Positions 36,697 to 47,725 are shown, counted from the stretch's first letter. The stretch: 64,000 bases of DNA from an uncultured Alphaproteobacteria bacterium (GCA_902540805.1 CACBON010000002.1:27322-91321); one strand, 5' to 3'. Numbers and translations are program-made. The notes: a model not told the origin generated them from the sequence alone.

Positions 36697-37984
36697 ATTG
36701 AGAAAAAAGCATATAATAATAAGTTTTTTTTTTTTCATTATTTATTCATGCTCATACTTTGACGAGACAGAAGAGATTCTTCCAGGAAAAAGACAAAGCG
36801 TCTTTAAATTTGAAAACGAAATAATCCTAAAATCAAACGAAAGAATCAATATAGATAAAAGTATTTCCGTTGATTCTTGGTCTCAGCAATTCCAAAACGA
36901 AAGAAATCATTTATTCCATTTTAAGAGTAAACCCAACCTTTCACTAAAAAAAAAAATTAAACTCAATGATATAGCCTTTGATAAGATAGATTATGTTACT
37001 ACCCCAGTATTTGATTTAAAAAATGTATATTATGCAGACAACGATTTTAACGTTTATTCCACCGGTTTAGAAAATGGAAAAATAAATTGGATTGTCAAAT
37101 TAGTAAACGAAAAAACAGAGAATTTACCATTTATAGGTGGTTTTTCTCTTCACAAAAATGAATTATTTATTACATCCGGTTTAGGAAATATTTATTCTGT
37201 AAATGCAGAAAATGGAAAAATTTTATGGAAAAAAAAGTTATTAGTTCAATTCTCCAGGCCCCCTTTGGTATTCAAGAATAAAATTATTGTTGTTTCTGAT
37301 GATAACCAAACATTCGCTTTAAATACTGAAGATGGAAATTTAATGTGGTCCCACGCTGGAAATATCGAAGAAGTCTCAATCATTGGTGGCTCAAAACCAG
37401 TGGTCACAGAAAATATTGTAATTGTTTCATATTCTTCTGGCGAAATTTACGCACTTGATCATAATGATGGAACATTATTATGGTTTGATAATGTAGCATC
37501 TGGAAATTTTTTTAGTAAATCATCGTTGAATGATATTCAATCGCCCATTTCGATTGTAGGTGACACGGTATTTGTTCCATCATTTTCAGACAAATTTATA
37601 GCATATGAAGTTAGTAATGGAAATAAAATATGGAATCTTAAATTATCTTCAATTAATCCTTTTGTTGTTTCTGGAAGATCAATTTATTTAATAGACACTT
37701 TAGGAAGATTATTGTGTATCGACAAAGCTAACGGAAAATTATTATGGGCTGTACAGTTAAAAGTTTCAAATAATGGTGATGAAATCAGTTGGTTTGGTCC
37801 ACTTCTAACTTCCAATAAATTGATATTAAATAATTCAGAAGGACAGGTAATTTCAATCTCTCCGTTTACTGGAAAATTATTAAGTAAAATAAAGTTCTAC
37901 GAAGAATTTGTTTCTAATCCAATTAACATAGGAGATCAAATAATTCTAATTTCAAAAAAAGGAACATTATATATTTTGGGTTAA
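36674..37984 (+). CDS. bamB: outer membrane protein assembly factor BamB (PQQ beta-propeller lipoprotein)
   Basis: Lipobox-like FIIYSC. Repeated GxxYALDxxxGxxLW PQQ-like blades. yfgM-bamB-der synteny. Confidence 0.6.
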   Translation: MIFYRKNKLRKKHIIISFFFFIIYSCSYFDETEEILPGKRQSVFKFENEIILKSNERINIDKSISVDSWSQQFQNERNHLFHFKSKPNLSLKKKIKLNDIAFDKIDYVTTPVFDLKNVYYADNDFNVYSTGLENGKINWIVKLVNEKTENLPFIGGFSLHKNELFITSGLGNIYSVNAENGKILWKKKLLVQFSRPPLVFKNKIIVVSDDNQTFALNTEDGNLMWSHAGNIEEVSIIGGSKPVVTENIVIVSYSSGEIYALDHNDGTLLWFDNVASGNFFSKSSLNDIQSPISIVGDTVFVPSFSDKFIAYEVSNGNKIWNLKLSSINPFVVSGRSIYLIDTLGRLLCIDKANGKLLWAVQLKVSNNGDEISWFGPLLTSNKLILNNSEGQVISISPFTGKLLSKIKFYEEFVSNPINIGDQIILISKKGTLYILG

Positions 37985-37986
37985 AA

Positions 37987-39303
37987 ATGCCAGTTAAAAT
38001 AATTATACTAGGTAAGCCAAATGTGGGAAAATCATCATTATTTAATATGATTTTAAAAAAAAATATTGCAATTGTTGATAACCTTCCTGGTTTGACTGTA
38101 GACTTAAGAAAAAAAATAATAAGCTTATGGGATCTTAAATGTGAATTTGTTGATTCACCTGGTCTTGTAAATCCATCTAACGAAATTGAAGAAAAAATAA
38201 AGAAGAACACAATTGAATATTCAAAATTATCTGATTTGATAGTAATTGTATTTGATGGTAAATCAGATTTATCATATGAAGATTTAGAAATAATAGTTTT
38301 GGCAAGAAAATTTAATAAACCTATTTTATTGGTAGTAAATAAAACTGAGGGAAATTACTCTCAAAACGTTTTAAATGAATTAAATAAATCTGGTTTAGGT
38401 AAACCAATACTTGTATCTGCAGCTCATAATCAGTCAATTGATCAATTGAAATGGCAAATATATGAATCTTTAAAGAACTTGAAAATAATGGAAGAAAATG
38501 AGGAGCAATTTAATGACTTTTCAATTGCAATTATTGGCAAGACTAATACGGGTAAATCAACAATGTTTAATTTGATAAAAAAAAAAAAGATTGCAATAAC
38601 TGGCTCTCAACCAAATCTAACAAGAGATTCGGTTGAAACTAATGTAAGTTTAAAGAATTCTAATTTTAAGATGTTTGATACTGCCGGTTTCTCGAAAAGT
38701 AATAAAGAACATGTTCATGAATTAGCAATTAATCAAACTCTAAAAAAAATAAGACTATGTAATGTTTTATTAATAGTTTTGGATATTAATAATTATTATG
38801 AAAAAATAAACTCTAAAATTTTAAGTTTGGTCAATTCTGAGAATAGATGTCATGTATTATTGATGAATAAAATAGATAGCGTGAATGATTTTCAACAACA
38901 AAAAATTAAAAAACATCTTCAAGATTTAAATCCACAAATAAGAGAAACACCTGTATTATTTGTTTCAGCAAAAGAAAATATTGGTTTTGAGAAATTGCAT
39001 TCAATAATCGAGAAACAATTAAAATCATGGAAAAGAAGAATTACAACAAGTGATTTAAACGAATGGTTGGGTAAAGTAATGATTGAAAACCCTCCCCCCT
39101 TAAAAAATGGAAGAGTTGTAAAACTGAAATTCGCTTCACAGGTGAGTATTTCTCCTCCCAAATTTAATATTTTTTCAAATCACCCTGGTGCAATTAATAA
39201 CCAATATAAAAAGTATTTATCCAACAAGCTCAAAAAAAGATTCCAATTAGAAGCTGTGCCAATAAAGGTTAGATTTAAAAAAACTAATAACCCTTATGAG
39301 TAA
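37987..39303 (+). CDS. der: ribosome-associated GTPase Der/EngA
   Basis: Two GTPase domains (GKPNVGKSS and GKTNTGKST) plus a C-terminal KH-like domain. Confidence 0.85.
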   Translation: MPVKIIILGKPNVGKSSLFNMILKKNIAIVDNLPGLTVDLRKKIISLWDLKCEFVDSPGLVNPSNEIEEKIKKNTIEYSKLSDLIVIVFDGKSDLSYEDLEIIVLARKFNKPILLVVNKTEGNYSQNVLNELNKSGLGKPILVSAAHNQSIDQLKWQIYESLKNLKIMEENEEQFNDFSIAIIGKTNTGKSTMFNLIKKKKIAITGSQPNLTRDSVETNVSLKNSNFKMFDTAGFSKSNKEHVHELAINQTLKKIRLCNVLLIVLDINNYYEKINSKILSLVNSENRCHVLLMNKIDSVNDFQQQKIKKHLQDLNPQIRETPVLFVSAKENIGFEKLHSIIEKQLKSWKRRITTSDLNEWLGKVMIENPPPLKNGRVVKLKFASQVSISPPKFNIFSNHPGAINNQYKKYLSNKLKKRFQLEAVPIKVRFKKTNNPYE

Positions 39304-39583
39304 ATTTTTATCTTATTTTATTTTATTTTTATCAAGTAATTTGTATGCAGATCAAGATAAAACTATAAACATAATAGTTGAAAATTGTAAATCTTGCCAT
39401 AACCTCAATATAGAAGTTACAAAAAAAATTCCAGATCTAAATAATTTAGAAAAAGAAGAATTTATTAGATTAATGACGAAATATAAAAATGATAAGGATA
39501 ATAGTGTAATGAACAGGATTTCTAGAGTCTTAACAGAAAATGATATTTTAAAAATGGCGGACAAAATATATGGTAAAAGATAG
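39296..39583 (+). CDS. monoheme c-type cytochrome (FccA-like small subunit)
   Basis: Signal peptide. Single CKSCH heme-binding motif. Overlaps the flavoprotein gene by 14 nt. Confidence 0.5.
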   Translation: MSKFLSYFILFLSSNLYADQDKTINIIVENCKSCHNLNIEVTKKIPDLNNLEKEEFIRLMTKYKNDKDNSVMNRISRVLTENDILKMADKIYGKR

Positions 39584-40868
39584 ATTTGGCAGAAGAAAAT
39601 TTATTTCTAATATAATGACTAATTTAGCGTTTCTTTTTCTTGCAAATACTTTTTTATTAAAAAGACTAAATTCCAAAACAAGACCAAAAATTGTAATTGT
39701 AGGTTTGGGAATAGGGGGAGCTACCTGCCTTCAATATTTAAGTAAAATTTCTAACTTGGTTGACATCATTGTTATTGAAAAACAAAATGAATATCAAACA
39801 GGTCCTCTTTCTAATCTTGTGATCGGGAATATCTTAGAACGCAAAGATATTTGTTTTAAAATAAATAAAAACAAATATAAAAACGTAAAATTTATTTTCG
39901 AAAATGTAAGAAGAATTGATGTTGAAGATAAAAGTGTAATATTTTCAAAAAACTTGAAAGTAAAATTTGATTTCTTAATTTTATCTCCTGGAATTAGTTA
40001 TAAAAATGATATTTTGCAGGGATATAGTGTATCAGACAAAAAAAATATTCCACACTGTTGGGATGGAGAAAGCAATATCACTCAGTTTAAAAAAAGGTTA
40101 AGAGATTTAGAAAATAACTCAAAAATAATAATAACCTCGCCTGACTATCCCTACAGATGCCCTCCAGCACCATACGAGAGAGCTTCTTTAATTGCTAATT
40201 ATCAAAGAAAATTAAATAAAAAGGTTAAAATTTTAATTCTTGATTCAAAAAATTCATTTACTAAACAAGAAAACTTTTTTCGTGAGTGGCAAATTAGTTT
40301 TGGTGACGAAATTGAGTGGATACCTAGAAGTAAGGGTGGCAAAGTTGTCTTTTATGATCAAAAAAAAAATCTAGTAAAAAATTCAGATGGTCAAGTCTTT
40401 AAAGGAGATTTCATACATATAATACCTGAACAAAAAGCAGCTAATATTTTTTCTGATTCAGATTTATTGAATGACGGAAAAGACTGGTGTGAAATAAATC
40501 CATTATCATTCGAAGTTAATCGTTTCAAGGATATTTATGCAGTTGGTGATTCAATAGACGCTTGGGCAATGCCAAAATCAGCATTTTCAGCGAACAGTCA
40601 AGCTAAGGTTTTGGCAATAAATTTAATTAATAAAATTCTGGAAAAGGACTATATTGATCCTGTCTTTTTGAATACTTGTTATAGTTTTTCTAAAGAAGAT
40701 AGAGCATTTTCAATTTCTGCTTGGTATAGGTTGAATATTACAAAAGACAAAATTATTTCGTTAGGAAGTAACGAAAGTAGTGTATACGCTAATAATAATG
40801 ACAGGAAATTAGAGGCTCAACACGCTTTTGGCTGGTATGAAACTATGGTTAATGATCTTTTTATGTAA
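39570..40868 (+). CDS. flavocytochrome c sulfide dehydrogenase flavoprotein subunit (FccB/SoxF-like)
   Basis: Twin-arginine signal (FGRRKFIS). FAD Rossmann fold (KIVIVGLGIGGATC). FCSD-family length and organisation. Confidence 0.55.
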   Translation: MVKDRFGRRKFISNIMTNLAFLFLANTFLLKRLNSKTRPKIVIVGLGIGGATCLQYLSKISNLVDIIVIEKQNEYQTGPLSNLVIGNILERKDICFKINKNKYKNVKFIFENVRRIDVEDKSVIFSKNLKVKFDFLILSPGISYKNDILQGYSVSDKKNIPHCWDGESNITQFKKRLRDLENNSKIIITSPDYPYRCPPAPYERASLIANYQRKLNKKVKILILDSKNSFTKQENFFREWQISFGDEIEWIPRSKGGKVVFYDQKKNLVKNSDGQVFKGDFIHIIPEQKAANIFSDSDLLNDGKDWCEINPLSFEVNRFKDIYAVGDSIDAWAMPKSAFSANSQAKVLAINLINKILEKDYIDPVFLNTCYSFSKEDRAFSISAWYRLNITKDKIISLGSNESSVYANNNDRKLEAQHAFGWYETMVNDLFM

Positions 40869-40872
40869 AAAA

Positions 40873-41535
40873 CTAAAAACATTTTTTTATTACTCTGTCT
40901 GATATCTCTTTCAATTTTCTTTCATCAACTTTATGTTTTCCTGCAAGGGATAAAGACATACCTGCATTGACTTTTTCAATTTCAATAAAATGTACTTTAA
41001 TTTTGAACTTTGAATTTTCTTTTCTAAAGATTTTTAACATTGTTTCTTTAGCTTTTTGACAAATACTAAATGTATTATGATACGCTTTCCCGGAAGAGAT
41101 ATCTCTGTTTTCGAGAAAAATTATTTTAGCATTTGATGATTTTCTCAATAAAGGTTCTAATTCCTTGACAATTCTCCAATAAGAGGAAAGATTTATTTCA
41201 ATAAGATCATCCCATTCTTTATGTGAAAAATTAGTCAACGGTCTCAATCCAAAAAAGACTCCAACTAAATTTATTATAAAGTCAATTCTTAAAAATTTTG
41301 AGCCTACTTTTCTTAACAAATTTGTCGCAAATTTCTTATTTGTTATATCGGCTTGAAAAAATGTAACATTCTTGTTTACTTTTTTTATTTCATCATCTAA
41401 TTTGATGAGTTTTTCAAGAGACTTACCATGTAGAATAAGATTTGTATTCATATGCGCTAAATCTAAAGAAATTCTTGTTCCTAAAATTCCTGTTGAACCA
41501 AAGATGATTCCATTACTAATTTTTTTAAGTTTCAT
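40873..41535 (-). CDS. short-chain dehydrogenase/reductase
   Basis: N-terminal TGxxxG-type dinucleotide motif (GSTGILG). About 220 aa. Confidence 0.5.
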   Translation of the reverse strand: MKLKKISNGIIFGSTGILGTRISLDLAHMNTNLILHGKSLEKLIKLDDEIKKVNKNVTFFQADITNKKFATNLLRKVGSKFLRIDFIINLVGVFFGLRPLTNFSHKEWDDLIEINLSSYWRIVKELEPLLRKSSNAKIIFLENRDISSGKAYHNTFSICQKAKETMLKIFRKENSKFKIKVHFIEIEKVNAGMSLSLAGKHKVDERKLKEISDRVIKKCF

Positions 41536-41539
41536 CTAT

Positions 41540-43000
41540 TTATTTTGTAGGTTCGATTAATAAAGATAGTTGAGAAGGATTAATACCCGCGTCTTGATCA
41601 ATGAGTTTAACAGGATAATCACCACTAAAATAATGATCAGTAAACATTGGCTTTTCTTTTTCTCTTCCATTTTGAAAGCCTAATGCTTTGTAAACTCCGT
41701 CTAATGTTACAAATTTGAGACTATCTACACCAATATATTTCTTTATTTCATCTATTGTGAACTTTGATGCTAAGAGTTCTTCTTTAGTAGGTGTATCGAT
41801 TCCATAGAAGCATGGATATTTTACCGGAGGACTTGCAATTCGCATGTGAACATTTTTGACACCACAATTCCTCAACATTTCGACAATCTTAACAGAGGTT
41901 GTACCTCTGACTATTGAGTCGTCAACTAAAGCAATGCTTTTATTTTTAAATGATAAAATATTTGGATTATGCTTTAACTTTACTGATAAATTTCTCACTG
42001 AAATAGAATCCTCAATAAAAGTTCTTCCAGTGTAGTGATTTCTTATTATTCCAAATTCAAATGGTTTTTTTATCTTTTCAGAATAACCCAACGCAGAGGC
42101 GTTTCCGGAATCTGGAATTGGAATTACAACATCAATAATTTTGTTGTCTTCCGGATTTTCAGATGCCAACTGATGTCCGATACTTTTTCGAACATCATAA
42201 ACATTTCTTCCTTCCAGAATACTATCTGGTCTAGAAAAGTAAATATATTCAAATAGACATGGTTTAAGATATGTTTTTTTAAAAGGTTTTATTGAATCAA
42301 TTTTATTATTTTTGAGAATTAAAATTTCACCAGGCTCAACATCTCTTATTAAATTTGCTCCAATAATATCTAGTCCACAACTTTCAGAGCTTAAAATGTA
42401 TGAACCACCAAGCTTACCTAAAACAAGTGGCCTTATTCCAAACGGATCTCTTACACCAATGAGGCAATCATTTGTAAGCATTACCAGAGAGAATGCACCT
42501 GTTATTGACTGAAGGGCGTATACAATTCTATCAATAAGAGTACCTTTAGCAGTCGAAATCAAATGAAGAATCACCTCTGTATCAGATGTTGATTGAAAGA
42601 TAGCTCCATTCTTAATTAGTTTTTCTTTAATTTGATTCGTATTTGTTAAATTCCCATTGTGTGCGATTGCAATACCTCCGAAGTCTAATTCAGAGAAAAG
42701 CGGTTGAACATTTTTAAGTGCGGATTCACCAGTTGTACCATAACGGTTATGACCTATTGATGCCCTTCCCATAAGTTTGGGTATTATTTCTTTATTTGAA
42801 AAAACATCAGAAACTTGACCCATTCCTCTATGAGCAAAAAATTTTTGATTATTTGAAGTCACAATTCCTGCTGAATCTTGTCCTCTATGTTGCAGAGCAT
42901 GTAGACCTAATGCAGTAAGATTTGCAGCTTTATCATGATTGTAGACACCATACACACCACATTCGTCTCTTGGTTTTGATTTTGAAAAGAGATATTTCAC
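41540..43000 (-). CDS. purF: amidophosphoribosyltransferase
   Basis: Ntn-hydrolase Cys after a short propeptide (CGVYGV). PRTase motif. cvpA-purF synteny. Confidence 0.85.
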   Translation of the reverse strand: MKYLFSKSKPRDECGVYGVYNHDKAANLTALGLHALQHRGQDSAGIVTSNNQKFFAHRGMGQVSDVFSNKEIIPKLMGRASIGHNRYGTTGESALKNVQPLFSELDFGGIAIAHNGNLTNTNQIKEKLIKNGAIFQSTSDTEVILHLISTAKGTLIDRIVYALQSITGAFSLVMLTNDCLIGVRDPFGIRPLVLGKLGGSYILSSESCGLDIIGANLIRDVEPGEILILKNNKIDSIKPFKKTYLKPCLFEYIYFSRPDSILEGRNVYDVRKSIGHQLASENPEDNKIIDVVIPIPDSGNASALGYSEKIKKPFEFGIIRNHYTGRTFIEDSISVRNLSVKLKHNPNILSFKNKSIALVDDSIVRGTTSVKIVEMLRNCGVKNVHMRIASPPVKYPCFYGIDTPTKEELLASKFTIDEIKKYIGVDSLKFVTLDGVYKALGFQNGREKEKPMFTDHYFSGDYPVKLIDQDAGINPSQLSLLIEPTK

Positions 43001-43001
43001 T

Positions 43002-43637
43002 TTATTCCAAATTATTTTCTATAATACTCTCAATATTTTTTCTTCCACTCTCGTTATAAATGTTTTCTTGATTTTTACTATTTTTTTTTATACGAAGTTT
43101 TGAATCTATACTTTTTTCAAAAAGAAGATCAGACTTTTTTTTTATTTCACTGCTTAAATTTTCAGAATAACTATTATCAATATCAAGAAATCTCAATATC
43201 TCATTATTTGTAATCTTTATGACTGGAATAATTTTTGAATTATCAATAAATTTCAAACTTTTTCCTTGATAAAAATAGTCAAAGCAAAAAAAACACAAAC
43301 CAACTATTACGTATCCTCTCAAAATTCCAAATATAAAACCAAGACTTTTATCAATAAGTCCAACATAACTATTCTTTATATAAACTGAAAACTTTCTAGT
43401 AAAAAAAGAAAAAAAAATAAAAATTACCAAGAATGCTAAAACGTAAGATATCCCAGTTGAGATCAGAATATTATTTATTATCTTGTTAAAAAAATTAACA
43501 AAATTGTTTCCATATGCGTAAGATCCAAAAAAAGATATAACCCAGACACTTATTGATAATAATTCAAGAGAAAATCCTCTAAAAAATGCAAATAGAGCTG
43601 ATATGAGAATTAAAACTAAAATTATTAAATCAAACAT
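43002..43637 (-). CDS. cvpA: CvpA family membrane protein
   Basis: Four TM helices. Immediately upstream of purF. Confidence 0.6.
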   Translation of the reverse strand: MFDLIILVLILISALFAFFRGFSLELLSISVWVISFFGSYAYGNNFVNFFNKIINNILISTGISYVLAFLVIFIFFSFFTRKFSVYIKNSYVGLIDKSLGFIFGILRGYVIVGLCFFCFDYFYQGKSLKFIDNSKIIPVIKITNNEILRFLDIDNSYSENLSSEIKKKSDLLFEKSIDSKLRIKKNSKNQENIYNESGRKNIESIIENNLE

Positions 43638-43638
43638 A

Positions 43639-44352
43639 CTATGTGATTCCTTTTATAAATTTAATCATAGAACTATTTTTTGATTGATTGATTTTTCTTG
43701 CTTTTCCGTACCATTCAATAATTCCGTTTTTTAAAAAAGCAACATAATCAGCAAACTCATATACACTTTCCATGTCGTGTGTAACTGTTATCGTAGTTAT
43801 CTTTTTTTTTCTGACTAAATTTTTAATAAGTAAGTTTATTTGTCTAGCAATGATTGGATCTAAACCAGTTGTTGGCTCGTCTAAGATAAGAACCTCAGGT
43901 TTTTTAAGAATTGCTCTGGCAAGCCCAACCCTTTTTTGCATTCCCACTGAAAGTTCGGAAGGATACTTCTCCAAGATTGATTGAGGTAGACCTACTTCAT
44001 TCAAAATTTTTTTTAAAGAATTCTTTTTATAAGCAAATTTGAGGTTTTCTCTAATATTTAAACTGTCCAGAAGAGCTGAATTCTGAAATAATATTCCAAA
44101 TTTTGACATATAATTCATTTTTTCTTTATCACTTAGAGTGTTAATATTATTTAGTTTTCCAAAATCAATCGATCCGTCATCATATTTTAGCAAGCCAACT
44201 ATGCATCTTGTAAGAATTGACTTACCCGAACCTGACTCTCCTATAATTGAAAGAGATTCAGATTCATAAACGTCGAGATTAAGTTTATTTAACACAACCT
44301 TATTTTTAAAACTTTTACTAACATTTTTAACGATTATTTTTTTTTTTCTCAT
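43639..44352 (-). CDS. mlaF: ABC transporter ATP-binding protein (MlaF-like)
   Basis: Walker A GESGSGKS. Signature LSVGMQKR. Walker B ILDEPT. Paired with an MlaE-type permease. Confidence 0.6.
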   Translation of the reverse strand: MRKKKIIVKNVSKSFKNKVVLNKLNLDVYESESLSIIGESGSGKSILTRCIVGLLKYDDGSIDFGKLNNINTLSDKEKMNYMSKFGILFQNSALLDSLNIRENLKFAYKKNSLKKILNEVGLPQSILEKYPSELSVGMQKRVGLARAILKKPEVLILDEPTTGLDPIIARQINLLIKNLVRKKKITTITVTHDMESVYEFADYVAFLKNGIIEWYGKARKINQSKNSSMIKFIKGIT

Positions 44353-45146
44353 AGTCTAAAAAAAAAGGAAGTGATTATATAATTCATTAGTAAAATCAAT
44401 ATAGAGGATGAAACAACTGAATATGTTGTTGATTGACCAACTCCTTGTGCACCCCCGTTTGCATTAAATCCGTGATAGCAACCCATAAAGGTTATCAAAA
44501 AACCAAAAACAGAAGCTTTAACTAAGCCACTAAAAACATCTAGGAATTGAACAAAATTGTATGTATTTTGAAGGTACACAGTAGGATTAAAGTTTAAAAG
44601 ATTTACGCAAATTAAATATCCACCCAAAACTCCGATAATGTCCCCAACTATCACAAGAATTGGGAGTGAAATAATACCTGCTAAAATTCTTGGAATGATA
44701 AGATAATTAAATGGGTTAGTTGATAGTGTTTTGAGTGCATCAATTTGCTCAGTGACTTTCATTGTTCCTATTTCAGCAGCAATAGCTGCACCTGATCGTC
44801 CTGCCACCATTAGACCAGCTAATACTGGGGCTAGTTCTCTTGTAATAGATAAAACAACAACATTGGGAATTGCACTTTCTGCAGAGAATCTTGAAAATCC
44901 AGTGTAAGACTGAAGTGCTAAAACCATACCTGTAAATATAGAAGTTAAACCTACGACTGGTAAAGAGTTAAAACCAATCTTGATAAATTGTTTAAGAAAA
45001 ATATTAAAGTAGAATTTTTCAGTGATGAAATATTTAACACATTTAAGAAAAAAGTCGACTATCTCACCGATGGAATAAAAAAAAGAGAATATAAGATTTA
45101 ACAATCTTTTTGATAAAGCTAAGGCACTGGAAAGCAATCTTGTCAT
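44349..45146 (-). CDS. mlaE: ABC transporter permease (MlaE-like)
   Basis: Permease of about 260 aa (MlaE/YrbE family) upstream of the ATPase gene, with a 4-nt overlap. Confidence 0.6.
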   Translation of the reverse strand: MTRLLSSALALSKRLLNLIFSFFYSIGEIVDFFLKCVKYFITEKFYFNIFLKQFIKIGFNSLPVVGLTSIFTGMVLALQSYTGFSRFSAESAIPNVVVLSITRELAPVLAGLMVAGRSGAAIAAEIGTMKVTEQIDALKTLSTNPFNYLIIPRILAGIISLPILVIVGDIIGVLGGYLICVNLLNFNPTVYLQNTYNFVQFLDVFSGLVKASVFGFLITFMGCYHGFNANGGAQGVGQSTTYSVVSSSILILLMNYIITSFFFRL

Positions 45147-45233
45147 TACTGCAAATATATTGTTTTTTTTAATATAAATAAATAATAATAAAATTTCCTA
45201 TTTTTTTTGTATTTCCAGGAATTTTAAAAAATT

Positions 45234-46718
45234 TTAATTAAAATTATTGTCAGCTAAATCTGAAAATTTTGTCCAACTTGGATTAAAATGTAGTTTAACT
45301 TTAGAAATTGGACCATGTCTATGTTTTGCAATTATGGCTTCAGCTATATTATGTACTTTCTCCATTTTGTTTGTCCACATTTCATGTTTGTCTGTCCCTT
45401 CAGGTGGCTCGGTTCGAGCAAGGTAGTATTCCTCTCTATATAAAAAAACAACTAAATCGGCGTCTTGTTCTATAGCACCTGATTCACGAAGATCTGCTAG
45501 CTGAGGTCTTTTTTCTTCTCTATCTTCAACTTTTCTTGATAATTGAGACAGAGCAATGACAGGTATATCAAGTTCTTTGGCAATAGCTTTAAGTCCTCTT
45601 GTAATATCGGAAATTTCCTGAACGCGATTATCATTCGTTTTTTTTGATTCTCCATTTACTAATTGAAGATAATCTAAAATAATTAAATCTAAACCTAATT
45701 TTCTTTTTAACCTTCTAGCTCTTGTTCTAATTGCTGAAATACTTAATGCTGGAGTATCATCTATAAATAAATTTAGCTTTTTTAAATCATCACTTGAAGA
45801 TAATATCTTGCTAAAATCTTGCTTTGAGAGATTACCAGTCCTGATGTTTTCTGATGAAATTTCAGCCAATTCACCTAACAGTCTTGTTGCTAGTTGCTCA
45901 GAGGACATTTCGAGAGAAAAGAAAAGAACGTTTTTTTTTTTATTATCAAACTCTTTTGATATATTAGAAGCTATATTTGTAGCAAATGCTGTCTTACCCA
46001 TTGATGGTCTTCCTGCAACAATAATTAAGTCAGACTTGTGAAGTCCTCCAATCTTCTTATCAAAATCACTTAATCCTGTTTTTAAACCTATTACATCTTC
46101 GCTCTTTTTAAAAGCTTTCTCAGCATAATCAACGGTTCTCTGCATTATTTCTTTAAAATCTTTGGGTCCACTGTCAAATTCATTATTTTGTATTAAATTA
46201 AAGAGATTTTGTTCAGTTTTTTCAATTAAGGATATTGAATTATCCTCTTCCTCAGTGTTATAAGAATTGTTTATCAAATTTGTACCAAGGTCTATCAGTC
46301 GCCTTCTCAAATATAGGTCATAAATTAATTCTCCGTACTGTTTTGAATTTATAATACTTACTGTGTTTTCACAAAGCTTTAAAAGATAAGATAGCCCTCC
46401 ATTTTCTCCAAACTCTTCATTTCCATCAAGTTGAACCTTAACTGTATTTAAATCAGCAATTTGATCATTGTTAATCAATTTTTTAATTGATTTATAAATA
46501 ATCCTATTAATTTTACTTGAAAAATACTCAGGTTCCAAGAATTCCTCTACTTTTTCATAAGCTAGGTTATTTGAAAGAATTGCTCCTAAAAGAGCTTGCT
46601 CTGCTCCGGTATTTACCGGGACTTCTCTAATAAGATTTAAATTTTTGGATGAGAGGATATTGGTTAATTTGTTACTTTCTGATGTGGACATAAAGGTATA
46701 ATAACAAATTTGTTTCAT
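45234..46718 (-). CDS. dnaB: replicative DNA helicase
   Basis: DnaB N-terminal domain. RecA-like core with Walker A GRPSMGKTAFA. Confidence 0.85.
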   Translation of the reverse strand: MKQICYYTFMSTSESNKLTNILSSKNLNLIREVPVNTGAEQALLGAILSNNLAYEKVEEFLEPEYFSSKINRIIYKSIKKLINNDQIADLNTVKVQLDGNEEFGENGGLSYLLKLCENTVSIINSKQYGELIYDLYLRRRLIDLGTNLINNSYNTEEEDNSISLIEKTEQNLFNLIQNNEFDSGPKDFKEIMQRTVDYAEKAFKKSEDVIGLKTGLSDFDKKIGGLHKSDLIIVAGRPSMGKTAFATNIASNISKEFDNKKKNVLFFSLEMSSEQLATRLLGELAEISSENIRTGNLSKQDFSKILSSSDDLKKLNLFIDDTPALSISAIRTRARRLKRKLGLDLIILDYLQLVNGESKKTNDNRVQEISDITRGLKAIAKELDIPVIALSQLSRKVEDREEKRPQLADLRESGAIEQDADLVVFLYREEYYLARTEPPEGTDKHEMWTNKMEKVHNIAEAIIAKHRHGPISKVKLHFNPSWTKFSDLADNNFN

Positions 46719-46768
46719 TAAGCATTTATTTTTTGCCTGTTAATTAAGTGGATAATGAGCATAACTTT

Positions 46769-47725
46769 TTAAAAATTAGTGAAATATAAATTTCCAAGGT
46801 ACATTAAATAAATTAAGAAACATAAAAAAGAAACCTTTCTTCCAATTCGAATTCTTTTTAAAATAAATAAAGTGAAAATAATGGCTATAAGACCCAAGAA
46901 ATAAACATCATCTAATAGAATGTTTTTGTCGTATGAGAAAGAGTTAAAAAGTGATGTAAACCCAAGAATAAGTAGTAAATTATAAATGTTTGACCCAATA
47001 ATATTTCCAATGATAATATTAGATTTACCTTTTTTAGCGGCCGTAATCGATGTCGCTATCTCTGGCAGAGAAGTTCCAAGTGCAATTATAGTCAAGCCTA
47101 TAAATGAGTCTGAAACATTAAGAATCATCGAGATAGATATGGCAGAATCGACAGTTATATCTGCACCAAAAAGAGTGATACATATAGCTAATGCAGATAT
47201 AGGTAATCCAAAAAGTAAAGGACTTTTAAATGAAATTTTTGAAAAAAAATCATTTTCTAAGATAATCTCGTCTTTGTCTTTTGCATCAGAATTTTTAAAA
47301 CTTCGAAATAAATAAAATGAAAATAAACAAATAAAGAGCAATCCATATCCTGAACTTAAAAATGCAAAAACGAAAATTAATACAAAAATAAGGTGTGTGC
47401 TAAGATGGAATGAAAGATCAAATTTTGATACTTTAATAGATTTCAATTCAGAAGTCAGTCCTGCTGCCAAGGTCACTAAAAGTATGTTGGCAATATTTGA
47501 ACCAATAACGTTGCCTACAGAAATATCGGGAGACTCTTTTAAAACTGCATCTATTGAAACTACCAGTTCGCAAAGTGATGTTCCAAAACCTACTACAATC
47601 AATCCGATAAAAAATTCTGAAATCCTCAGTTTTTTACCAACCGCAATTGCACTAGATATTAATATTTCAGCTCCTTTTACTAAAAGTATAAGTCCTGTTG
47701 TAAGTGTAAATATGCTTAACAGCAT
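46769..47725 (-). CDS. Ca2+/cation antiporter (CaCA/YrbG family)
   Basis: Two alpha-repeats with GNxIGSNIxNxLL motifs. Confidence 0.6.
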   Translation of the reverse strand: MLLSIFTLTTGLILLVKGAEILISSAIAVGKKLRISEFFIGLIVVGFGTSLCELVVSIDAVLKESPDISVGNVIGSNIANILLVTLAAGLTSELKSIKVSKFDLSFHLSTHLIFVLIFVFAFLSSGYGLLFICLFSFYLFRSFKNSDAKDKDEIILENDFFSKISFKSPLLFGLPISALAICITLFGADITVDSAISISMILNVSDSFIGLTIIALGTSLPEIATSITAAKKGKSNIIIGNIIGSNIYNLLLILGFTSLFNSFSYDKNILLDDVYFLGLIAIIFTLFILKRIRIGRKVSFLCFLIYLMYLGNLYFTNF

